Source: Candidatus Electrothrix sp. GW3-4 (GTDB taxonomy: Bacteria > Desulfobacterota > Desulfobulbia > Desulfobulbales > Desulfobulbaceae). Taken from it: 32,000 nucleotides of DNA. A program made the translations under genes and the position numbers. Where the stretch lies: positions 3,000,001 to 3,032,000 of the forward strand of contig NZ_CP147990.1 in NCBI RefSeq assembly GCF_037902255.1, written 5' to 3'. Below, one piece after another: positions 7,849 through 14,788 of the stretch. Every line of letters starts with the position of its first letter. Within the stretch, counting starts at the first letter, position 1. The notes below the pieces were generated by a model, which was not told where the DNA came from, did no database searches, and saw only the letters and a list, made by a program, of their open reading frames with translations.

Positions 7849-8199
7849 ATGACTTTGATTAATCCCTCCAGAATGCGAAATTCATTTGGCATTTCCGACG
7901 TAGACCTTGATCGAATTAAATGCTTTCTCCAAGGCTCCGTATATTGTTGGGTCAAGAATAGAAAAGATGAGGGATTTGCTGCTCGTGACCTTGTTGGCGG
8001 CGAAAACTATGATTGGAACAAAACTCCTTTGATTCCTCTGTACCAAAAACATATTGCCGCCGGTAAAGACCCAAATGATGCCGTTGATGAAGCTGGAAAA
8101 GACTTAGGTTGGATTCTGAAATTGGTACTTCACGAAGACAAGCGGAGCTTTGAATCATATGATGCAGGAAAGGCTAAGGGCTATCGCTTGAAGCCATAA
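7849..8199 (+). CDS. Hypothetical protein (116 aa), AT-richer orphan
   Basis: ORF with AGAAGG 8 nt upstream of ATG 7849 (the track starts it at TTG 7846). No family recognised. Confidence 0.55.
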   Translation: MTLINPSRMRNSFGISDVDLDRIKCFLQGSVYCWVKNRKDEGFAARDLVGGENYDWNKTPLIPLYQKHIAAGKDPNDAVDEAGKDLGWILKLVLHEDKRSFESYDAGKAKGYRLKP

Positions 8200-8295
8200 A
8201 CACCTACACCTCGGGCCAAAAGACCAAAACCGAAGTGACCTGTAAAACACATCGTAAGCAGCAAGATATCCAACCCAAGAGGATCGAAAAAAAAT

Positions 8296-8928
8296 ATGAA
8301 CTTCAACCAAGTGTCCTTTGTGGACTCGGTCTTCAGCCTACAGCGGCTGCCCGAGCCGCTTTACCCGGAAATCGCCTTTGCTGGCCGCTCCAATGTGGGC
8401 AAATCCAGCCTGATTAATAAGCTGATTAATCGTAAGAACCTGGTCAAGACCAGCTCCAAGCCGGGCAAGACCCGCAGCCTGAATTTTTTCGAGGTCAAGG
8501 AGCAGCTCTATCTGGTCGACCTACCAGGGTATGGCTTTGCCCAGGTGAACAAGCAAATGCGCTTGGATTGGGAAGAGCTGATCAGCGGCTATCTGCTGGA
8601 ACGGGAGACCCTGGCCTGCGTGGTGGTGATTATTGACCTGCGGCACGCCCTCAAGGCAACGGACCGGGAAATGCTGGACTGGTTGCAGTATAACAACATC
8701 CCTGCCCTGCCGATCTACACCAAGGCGGATAAACTCTCTAAAAATCAGCAGAGCAAACAGGCAGCGGCCCTGGATGCGGCCCTGAACATCGCCCCGGCAG
8801 ACCGCCTCATCTTTTCTGCCAAGACCGACCTGGGCTGTGAAGAATTGCGGAACAGATTGGCAGTGTACTGCCAGCACGAGACGGTGGAAGAAGAACCTCC
8901 CCGGCAAGACAGCGGAACAGGAGCGTAA
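8296..8928 (+). CDS. engB: Ribosome-biogenesis GTPase EngB/YihA/YsxC
   Basis: G1 GRSNVGKSSLIN, G2 KPGKTR, G3 LVDLPGYGFA, G4 TKADK. Confidence 0.95.
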   Translation: MNFNQVSFVDSVFSLQRLPEPLYPEIAFAGRSNVGKSSLINKLINRKNLVKTSSKPGKTRSLNFFEVKEQLYLVDLPGYGFAQVNKQMRLDWEELISGYLLERETLACVVVIIDLRHALKATDREMLDWLQYNNIPALPIYTKADKLSKNQQSKQAAALDAALNIAPADRLIFSAKTDLGCEELRNRLAVYCQHETVEEEPPRQDSGTGA

Positions 8929-8934
8929 ATACCT

Positions 8935-9516
8935 ATGGAATCCTTTGATGAATTGTTAGACATCTCAACCAAGATCCACGGCCATATCTGTGCCGGGCAG
9001 GTCATTGGGGTACGCATGTCCATGCTGGGCCTGGAGCGTATCGGCATTGACGACCCCAAGGGCGCAGATCGGAAGAAACTCTATGTGCTGGTGGAGATTG
9101 ATCGCTGCGCCACCGATGCTATCCAGTCGGTCACCGGCTGCAGCCTGGGCAAGCGCTCCATGCGCTGGATGGATTTCGGGATCATGGCAGCCACCTTTGT
9201 CAATCTGGAGACCGGCAAGGCGGTCCGGGTGACGGCACGGGAGGAATCCCGCGAGCTCTCAAAGAAATACTGCCCTGAGATTAAGGAGAAGTATCCGCGC
9301 CAGCTGGCGGCCTATAAGCTCATGCCAGAGGAGGAGCTCTTCACAGTCCAGGAGGTTATGGTCACCATCCCGGACTGCGATATGCCGGGCCGTCCCCAAC
9401 GGCGGGTGCAATGCGAGCAATGCGGCGATCATGTCCAGGACAGCCGGGACGTGGAACAGGAGGGGCGCATCCTCTGCCGGGCCTGCACGGGTCAGCGCTA
9501 TTATCAGGTGCTCTGA
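8935..9516 (+). CDS. FmdE-family protein with C-terminal CxxC...CxxC zinc ribbon
   Basis: HGHICAGQVIGVRM...VEIDRCATDAIQ..TGCSLGKR (FmdE domain), followed by VQCEQCGD...ILCRAC. Confidence 0.85.
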   Translation: MESFDELLDISTKIHGHICAGQVIGVRMSMLGLERIGIDDPKGADRKKLYVLVEIDRCATDAIQSVTGCSLGKRSMRWMDFGIMAATFVNLETGKAVRVTAREESRELSKKYCPEIKEKYPRQLAAYKLMPEEELFTVQEVMVTIPDCDMPGRPQRRVQCEQCGDHVQDSRDVEQEGRILCRACTGQRYYQVL

Positions 9517-9560
9517 GGAGCAAGATTGAGAGCTCATACAAAAGGGCGAGGAGGTATTCA

Positions 9561-9866
9561 ATGACCATTTCCAAAAGCCGCAAGGAGTTTATCAAGGCAC
9601 AGATCAGGCAGAAGCTTTGTAATGAAAAGGAAATTCAAAAGATTGTCTTATTCGGTTCCTTTCCGAGCTCAGACACCCCCAATGATGTCGATATTGCTGT
9701 CTTCCAAAATAGCGATGAAAAATATCTCGCTCTTGCCCTGAAATATAGGAAGCTTGTTCGAGAAATCGCTAAAATACTTCCTGTGGATGTGCTTCCGCTC
9801 AAAGCAGCTGCAAAGGGTGCGTTCCTGCGGGAAATTGAGGCCGGGGAAATAATCTATGAGAAGTGA
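9561..9866 (+). CDS. Minimal nucleotidyltransferase (MNT-type antitoxin)
   Basis: GAGG SD 6 nt upstream of ATG 9561. LFGSF....TPNDVDIAV motif (GS...D.D). The track's upstream extension from 9411 overlaps the FmdE-like gene. Confidence 0.85.
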   Translation: MTISKSRKEFIKAQIRQKLCNEKEIQKIVLFGSFPSSDTPNDVDIAVFQNSDEKYLALALKYRKLVREIAKILPVDVLPLKAAAKGAFLREIEAGEIIYEK

Positions 9867-10254
9867 AACCCGGAGATGGTTACAATATGCGGAGGAAAAC
9901 CTTGCCTCGGCAAGACTTCTGCTCCAGAGCAGTTTGTTCAATCCTTGCCTGCAAAACGTGCAGCAGACGGTGGAGAAAGCGCTGAAGGCGATTTTGATCG
10001 AAAAGGCTATCAAGCTGAAGAGGTCACATGATATTCTCGCGATCAAGTATTTCCTGAATGAACATGGACTGGATATTGATCTGTCCGATGATGATTGCGA
10101 TTTCCTCAATTCCATCTACCTGCCATCCAAGTATCCGGTAGGTAGCGTACTTGCTGACTATGAACCCGATGAAATGATATGCCGGGAGGGAATTACGATT
10201 GCTGAAAAGGCTCTGGTCTCTGCCAAACAGCTTGTTGGCGAATCAGAGCCTTAA
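9856..10254 (+). CDS. HEPN-domain protein (toxin partner of MNT)
   Basis: Overlaps the MNT gene by 11 nt. W...AEENL..A......S.....C...QQ..EKALKA and the KRSHDIL motif ([KR][ST]HD[IL]) of PF05168-type HEPN. Confidence 0.85.
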   Translation: MRSETRRWLQYAEENLASARLLLQSSLFNPCLQNVQQTVEKALKAILIEKAIKLKRSHDILAIKYFLNEHGLDIDLSDDDCDFLNSIYLPSKYPVGSVLADYEPDEMICREGITIAEKALVSAKQLVGESEP

Positions 10255-10295
10255 GAGAGGAGAACCCGCTGCATATTCGTAGCAGATCAAATACA

Positions 10296-10323
10296 GGGCG
10301 GCATTAAGCCGCCCTTCTTTTTT
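10296..10323 (+). terminator. Rho-independent terminator shared by the convergent HEPN and gatC genes
   Basis: GGGCGGC-ATTAA-GCCGCCC followed by TTCTTTTTT. Confidence 0.75.
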
Positions 10324-10609
10324 AGCCCACAACCTTGGGCACCACAAAGGCCTCGCCATTTTCTTTGGCGGTATTGGCTAATGCCTTCTCTCGCGGCAGG
10401 GACTCCCGCACCTCATCTTCCCGAAAGGCGTTGGTCACGCTCTGGGTATGGGTGGTTACAGGCACCCCTTCGGTGTCCAGCTCATCCAGCTTGGCCACAT
10501 AGCTGAGGATATGATCCAATTGCGGGGTCAGCTTCTCAATTTCTTCTTCGCTTAACTCCAGGCGGGCCAACGCGGCCACCCGTTCTACTTCTTGTTTAGT
10601 TATTTTCAT
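10322..10609 (-). CDS. gatC: Asp/Glu-tRNA(Asn/Gln) amidotransferase subunit C
   Basis: MKITKQEVERVAALARLELSEEEIEKLTPQLDHILSYVAKLDELDTEGV is a typical GatC. Start taken at M41 of the tracked ORF; the upstream extension translates palindromic repeats. Confidence 0.9.
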   Translation of the reverse strand: MKITKQEVERVAALARLELSEEEIEKLTPQLDHILSYVAKLDELDTEGVPVTTHTQSVTNAFREDEVRESLPREKALANTAKENGEAFVVPKVVG

Positions 10610-10643
10610 GGGATTATTTTGTTCTTGGTTCAAGGTATTCTGA

Positions 10644-10742
10644 CTCCCAAGCTCCAGCTTGGGAGCACGTATTCCTGAAGCTCTGCTTTTTGTATGAAGC
10701 GGAGCTTCACGGTGTCTGTGCCCAAGCACAGAGCTTGGGCAC
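10644..10742. repeat. Three consecutive palindromic hairpins built on an AAGC(T)/AGCTT core
   Basis: 10644-10665 CTCCCAAGCT-CC-AGCTTGGGAG (10-bp arms). 10676-10709 TGAAGCTC-N18-GAGCTTCA. 10718-10742 GTGCCCAAGC-ACAGA-GCTTGGGCAC (10-bp arms). Confidence 0.7.
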
Positions 10743-10794
10743 TAGAAAAAAAATCCTAAGGACGATCAGTGCTATCATCTCCGCCATTAACACA

Positions 10795-11244
10795 TCAGCG
10801 AACAAGTCCGCACCGATCATTGCAGTCCTCCCTTATCTTTCGTGTCCAGGTCCTTCTGCCAGCAAAACAGGCATCTTGCCCGCAGCAGGCAAGGTCTTCC
10901 CTGCTGTAACGCTTCCTCGTAACAAAAGGGTCCCTCCTCGCATGCCAAGGCCCTTTCCTTGTCAGAAAAGAGGCACCACTTTTTAAAAATGAACAGCCTC
11001 TCGCGACGAAAGAGGTCCCTCTCTTTAAAAAAGTGGGACCTCTCTTAACGAAAGGACGACCTCTTTTAACGATTGAATGACCTCTCGCAAGAAAAGAACA
11101 GGCTCTCTTAACGAATGGGCGACCTCTCTTCAAAAGAGTGGCGCCTCTCTTGACAAAAGAACGACCTCTTTTAACGAAAGAGGCACCTCTCGCAAGCAAA
11201 GAAGCCCTCTCTTTGCCAATAAAAAGCCGCCGCTGAAAGAACAA
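10795..11244 (-). CDS. Candidate basic heptad-repeat protein [(F/L)(V/L)KRGxx]n with Cys-rich C-terminus; coding status unresolved
   Basis: Open frame across the whole array; the plus-strand frames contain stops. Variation between units concentrates at third positions of the conserved F/V/K/G codons. Against: only a TTG start (11244, or 11199 preceded by GAGAGG), no ATG, and no recognised homolog. Confidence 0.4.
   Translation of the reverse strand: MFFQRRLFIGKERASLLARGASFVKRGRSFVKRGATLLKRGRPFVKRACSFLARGHSIVKRGRPFVKRGPTFLKRGTSFVARGCSFLKSGASFLTRKGPWHARRDPFVTRKRYSREDLACCGQDACFAGRRTWTRKIREDCNDRCGLVR
10904..11239. repeat. Degenerate tandem repeat, exact 21-bp period, ~15 units (plus-strand consensus approx AAAGARSSGACCTCTCTTAACG)
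   Basis: The CCTCT core recurs at 10997, 11018, 11039, 11060, 11081, 11102 (GCTCT), 11123, 11144, 11165, 11186 and 11207. All spacings are exactly 21 bp. Weaker units flank both sides. Confidence 0.9.
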
Positions 11245-11504
11245 ACTCGATAGAAGACGCCAGCAACAGGGCCTGCAATACCCTGCCTCCAGCTTTAAAA
11301 CGTTTCCGGGTCATCTGTCAAGAAAAGGAACGCCTTTTCTGAAGATATGAGCAAAACAAGGGAGTTTTCCAGACCGACAAACAACAAAGGCCAGCGAGCA
11401 AGCGAGATCGGTGAGCAAAGAATAAAGAGGTCGTGCCAGACGACGAACCGTGCCTGACAAAGAGGAGGGATGCGTTGACGAATCGCAAAGGCATTGGAGA
11501 GGGG

Positions 11505-11560
11505 AACGAAAAAAAAGAAACGGGCTAGAGAGCGCCTCCTGCCACAGGGGGGCAGGAGGC
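11505..11560 (-). terminator. Hairpin plus downstream U-tract after the PIN-operon small ORF
   Basis: Minus strand: GCCTCCTGCC-CCCCTGT-GGCAGGAGGC (10-bp stem), then CTTTTTTTT ~14 nt later. The spacing is non-ideal. Confidence 0.45.
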
Positions 11561-11577
11561 CGTTCTCCTCCTTAGCC

Positions 11578-11760
11578 CTACTCAACAGCGCCCAGCAACA
11601 TGTCCACCGTATAGCCCTGCTGCCATTCCTGGCGCTCCTGCACATAGTCTCCAGAACCACTGTCCACCTTCTGGAGATAGCGAATCAGTTCAATCGCACT
11701 GATCTTCTTACTCCCTGCCTCAATCCCTGCCCACTGTACCTTACCGTCTGTAATCTTCAT
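11578..11760 (-). CDS. Small protein (60 aa) translationally coupled downstream of the PIN gene; putative antitoxin/partner
   Basis: ATGA overlap with the PIN stop (11757-11760). AAGGAGG SD upstream of the ATG. No family recognised. Confidence 0.6.
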   Translation of the reverse strand: MKITDGKVQWAGIEAGSKKISAIELIRYLQKVDSGSGDYVQERQEWQQGYTVDMLLGAVE

Positions 11761-12185
11761 GCTCTCCCCTCCTTGATCAACCAAACCACCGGGTTATTCA
11801 CCGACACCTGTAAATCTTCTATAGCCAATGCCTGCTGCAACAGCTTATCGTCCACTGTCAAAAAGACATCTGCACCGTCTTCTGCACAGGCAAGATGCAA
11901 GGCATCAAAGGCCTGTATGCCTCTTTTTTCCAATTCCTTGGCCCTTGTGGAGATGGCCTTATCTATCATAACAACATCCTCAGACTGCCCACTGAGCAGT
12001 TGGAGCTTCTGCCTTCTATCCTCATCAGGAATCTGGTCTATCTCAAACTGGGCGATATTATGCCAGCGCCGCTGCTCACAAAAGGACAAGATCACCTTGA
12101 CGGCCTCGGATTCAAAGCGGATACGACGATCTGACTGATCATCGAACAGCCTGTTCATACAACAATTATCCAAATAGACATTCAT
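11757..12185 (-). CDS. PIN-domain protein (VapC-like ribonuclease)
   Basis: N-terminal VYLDNCC.NRLFDDQ (first acidic residue). Central E and later DALHLA...ADVFLTVDD motifs match the PIN acidic quartet. Confidence 0.8.
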   Translation of the reverse strand: MNVYLDNCCMNRLFDDQSDRRIRFESEAVKVILSFCEQRRWHNIAQFEIDQIPDEDRRQKLQLLSGQSEDVVMIDKAISTRAKELEKRGIQAFDALHLACAEDGADVFLTVDDKLLQQALAIEDLQVSVNNPVVWLIKEGRA

Positions 12186-12290
12186 AACAAATACTCTTTC
12201 ATGTATTTTTTCCAGCCGCAGAACGACTGCACACAGGAATCCCGTTATCAGGATCTTGGTCCTGCCGCAGGTCTTCTCCCAGAATTTTTT

Positions 12291-12527
12291 TCAGACGGTC
12301 TTTTTGAAAAACGCCCGCTGTCTTCGCAGGGCAACCTGAACAGGAACAGGCTTACCCTGTTGTTGCACAGGAAAAAGGAGAGCTGATATCAATGTTGCAA
12401 AAAGCCGCTCAGACCGATCTCGTCGGGGAAGATAAAGCGTCCTTTTGTGTTGGGAGTGCGTGAAAAGGCGTATTGGCCAGGCAAGCATCCTGCCGATACA
12501 AGGGGAGAGAGTAGATGGAGTTCTCAT
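12291..12527 (-). CDS. Hypothetical basic 78-aa protein downstream of a structured leader
   Basis: AGGAGG (12538-12533) lies 5 nt before ATG 12527. In frame with the PIN gene but separated from it by a stop and 35 codons. No family recognised and the composition is unremarkable. Confidence 0.35.
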   Translation of the reverse strand: MRTPSTLSPCIGRMLAWPIRLFTHSQHKRTLYLPRRDRSERLFATLISALLFPVQQQGKPVPVQVALRRQRAFFKKTV

Positions 12528-12769
12528 AATAACCTCCTGGTAAGGTATAAAAGTAGGCGACCCGGCTATCTCCCCTCTGGAGACCCGTGGCTTTCCGACA
12601 CCGTCTCACGACGGCTGTGGCTTTATCAACTTTCTGGTACCGACCAGAAAGCAGGGGCTAGTGCTGAAGAAACAGCACATACCTCTTTATGCGGAAGCAG
12701 GCGATACAGTGATTGCGACCGGTTTGCCTTTGCACCGGACCAATACACGCCTCCTGCCCCATTGGGTAA

Positions 12770-12798
12770 ATAATACACAGACCCTCTTTTCCTGTCAA
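12770..12798 (-). promoter_or_regulatory. Near-consensus sigma70 promoter firing toward lower coordinates
   Basis: Minus strand: TTGACA (12798-12793), 17-nt spacer, TATTAT (12775-12770). An A/T-rich UP-like tract (ATATATAAGTTTTTTTA) lies upstream. Confidence 0.55.
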
Positions 12799-12973
12799 TA
12801 AAAAAACTTATATATCAAGAGCGTAAGCAAAAGGCGTTCTCATTCTCAAAAGCGAGCACCACGCCCCTTACCGTTGCGCAACCGAACTTGTTCGTGCCAT
12901 CATGGAGATAAGGGGGATTTCCCCTGAACCCTTTGGCCAAGGAATCTTCCCCTTTCAGCCGCCCTCCCCCGCC

Positions 12974-14041
12974 TCAAATCCCTGACCAATAATGCCTGGC
13001 CAGCTTAAGGGTATAGTCCAGGGCCGGACAGGGCACCGCAGAGGCGGCGAACTGGGCTGCCTTCTCATCAGAGAGATTAACGGAATAGCCGCAATCGAGT
13101 TTCTTCCCGCTGAGCTCGGCCAGCACAGCAAGGGTGCCATCCCGCATGGCGGCCAGGTCATACCCACCCTCCAGGGTCACCAAAACCTTGCCCTGACAGA
13201 CCTCCTCGGCCACGGCAATCATCTGCCGGGTCATCCAGGCAAACCCCGCAGGCGTCACCCGCATGGTCCCCAGGGGATCATCACCATGGATATCAAAGCC
13301 ACAGGAGATCAGGATCAGCTCGGGCTGATAGGCGCGGGTCATGGGCACTGCCAGTTCATTGACGATCCGGGCGAATTCCATATCCCCTTCCCCACCGGCC
13401 AAAGGGACATTAAAGGTAAAACCCTCACCATTGCCCTTGCCGATCTCTGGGAAGGCCCCGGTTCCTGGGTAATAAGGATAGAGATGGCTGGACACATAGA
13501 GCACCTTGTCGGTATCGTAAAAACTATGCTGGGTCCCGTTGCCGTGGTGCAGATCCCAGTCCAGGATCAGGATCCGCCGCATCCCCAGTTCCTGCATGGC
13601 CCAGCGGGCCGCAATGGCGACATTATTAAAGAGACAAAATCCTCTGGATTCGCCCCACTCCGCATGATGCCCTGGCGGACGAACCAGACAAAAGGCATTA
13701 TCCAGCTCGCCTTGCTCAATACGGGCCACAGCATCCACCAGGGCACCAGCAGCCAGACAGGCCGCCTCATAGGAGCGGGCCGAGGTCTGGGTATCAGGGT
13801 CCAGATACTCTACCCCTCTCCCCTGGGTTGCAGCCACCCGGTCCACCATGATCGGTGAGTGGTTAAGCTGAAGGATTTCATCGGAGACTGGCTCAAAGCT
13901 GGGAAAGATAAAATCCTCTGCTATCTTTCCCCTATCCAGGGCCTCATAGATGACTCGCAGCCGCTCCGATGATTCCGGGTGACCGAAGCAGGGTTGATGC
14001 TCCAGAAAGAGATCGTCCCTGTACACGCCTGTTTTCCGCAT
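12974..14041 (-). CDS. Histone deacetylase-family (AcuC/APAH-like) Zn-dependent deacetylase
   Basis: RPPGHHA, FCLFNNVAIAA, ILDWDLHHGNGTQ..FY, YPGTG, EGGY. Start set at ATG 14041 (MRKTGVYRDD), which overlaps the upstream stop as TGATG. An alternative ATG lies at 14068. Confidence 0.9.
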   Translation of the reverse strand: MRKTGVYRDDLFLEHQPCFGHPESSERLRVIYEALDRGKIAEDFIFPSFEPVSDEILQLNHSPIMVDRVAATQGRGVEYLDPDTQTSARSYEAACLAAGALVDAVARIEQGELDNAFCLVRPPGHHAEWGESRGFCLFNNVAIAARWAMQELGMRRILILDWDLHHGNGTQHSFYDTDKVLYVSSHLYPYYPGTGAFPEIGKGNGEGFTFNVPLAGGEGDMEFARIVNELAVPMTRAYQPELILISCGFDIHGDDPLGTMRVTPAGFAWMTRQMIAVAEEVCQGKVLVTLEGGYDLAAMRDGTLAVLAELSGKKLDCGYSVNLSDEKAAQFAASAVPCPALDYTLKLARHYWSGI

Positions 14042-14640
14042 CACACATCCTCCCACAATTTTTTGCATGCATACACCTGCTGCTCTGTGATAATCATATC
14101 CATATACTGATCATGGGCCTCCATGGGCACCTGCTCCACCATCTGCAGGGCATAGGCCAGCCCGACCCGCCGGGCCTGGGCCGCATCCTGACTTAAAAAA
14201 CGATCATAATAGCCGCCCCCATAGCCAAGCCTGCCGCCCAAGGGATCAAAGACCGATCCCGGCACCAGGACGACATCAATTGCTGCGGGCTCAACCCGTG
14301 CCTGGGCCACCTGCTCCGCCCTTGGTTCTGGAATCCCGTAACATCCCGGCCTCAGTTGGGTCACAGGATCAGTGATCTGTACGGCCAGGAGCCGGGACTC
14401 CTCACGCAGGGTCACAGGGACTGAAACAATTTTCCCTTCCCTAAGGCATTGTCCTATGAGAGAAAGGGTTTCTACCTCGCTGCGGAAATGGACATAGACC
14501 AAGAGATGTCGTGCATCTCGTATAATCCCCTGTTCAAGGAGCTGGGCCTGGACCTGCTCGCTCTTGCTCCGACGCTGGCCCACTTCCAGCTCATCTCGCG
14601 CAGCAAGTCGCTCTTTGCGTAATATATCTCTTTGTTCCAC
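14041..14640 (-). CDS. 5-formyltetrahydrofolate cyclo-ligase
   Basis: LR...L..R......R..S..V...L, then VLVPG.VFD..G.RLGYGGGYYDRFL. GTG start preceded by AAGGAG. Confidence 0.9.
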   Translation of the reverse strand: MEQRDILRKERLAARDELEVGQRRSKSEQVQAQLLEQGIIRDARHLLVYVHFRSEVETLSLIGQCLREGKIVSVPVTLREESRLLAVQITDPVTQLRPGCYGIPEPRAEQVAQARVEPAAIDVVLVPGSVFDPLGGRLGYGGGYYDRFLSQDAAQARRVGLAYALQMVEQVPMEAHDQYMDMIITEQQVYACKKLWEDV

Positions 14641-14721
14641 CTACGCTCCTTTGCTTCCTTGACGAATAATCTCGAATAATCTGTACCAAATATTTTAGAT
14701 GTCAGCATCAACCATCTGCAT

Positions 14722-14758
14722 AAAAAAAATCGCAATACCCTCGAAAGGATATTGCGAT
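14722..14758 (-). terminator. Rho-independent terminator of the YeeE gene
   Basis: Minus strand: ATCGCAATA-TCCTTTCGAGGG-TATTGCGAT followed by TTTTTTTT. Confidence 0.8.
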
Positions 14759-14788
14759 CTTAAAACACGCTCTCTCAGCAGCGAGGTA

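Noticed and set aside
9411-9560. N-terminal extensions suggested by the track for MNT (9411), gatC (10729), the deacetylase (14068), YeeE (16162) and the TIR-like gene (18055)
   Set aside because: In each case the extension overlaps an upstream gene or translates palindromic or intergenic sequence. An internal ATG with a proper SD and a family-typical N-terminus is available.
10690-10986. 98-aa plus-strand ORF entering the repeat array
   Set aside because: It starts inside the palindrome cluster and lacks an SD. It covers only the array edge, and all plus-strand frames through the array contain stops.
10904-11239. CRISPR array hypothesis for the 21-bp repeats
   Set aside because: The units are contiguous with no spacers and are degenerate rather than identical. 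No cas genes are present in the window.
11295-12138. ORFs 11295..11660 (-) and 11494..12138 (+)
   Set aside because: The first runs through the terminator and intergenic region with no SD. The second is antisense to the PIN gene and its coupled partner. Neither has recognisable motifs.
12540-12763. RNase P RNA, SRP RNA, c-di-GMP-I riboswitch or 6S RNA identity for the structured leader
   Set aside because: Only short chance-level matches were found: GACCCGGCTATC versus the RNase P 3' motif, GGAAGCAG versus SRP, and GCAAAGGCAAACC versus GEMM. The partner motifs (GAGGAAAGTCC, the symmetric SRP loop, GACGCAAAGCC at the correct spacing) are absent. The fold is multi-hairpin rather than the rod shape of 6S.
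12992-13858. 288-aa plus-strand ORF. The same pattern occurs at 14699..15613 (+), 20368..21060 (+) and 30417..31538 (+)
   Set aside because: All lie antisense inside strongly supported genes (deacetylase, YeeE, glyS, clpB). Their Gly/Pro/His/Arg-rich compositions are typical of antisense frames in GC-rich coding DNA.
14641-14788. 6S RNA (ssrS) upstream of the 5-formyl-THF cyclo-ligase gene, as in the E. coli ssrS-ygfA arrangement
   Set aside because: Only 148 nt are available, and most of that is occupied by the YeeE terminator and the SD of the ligase gene. No long imperfect hairpin is present.
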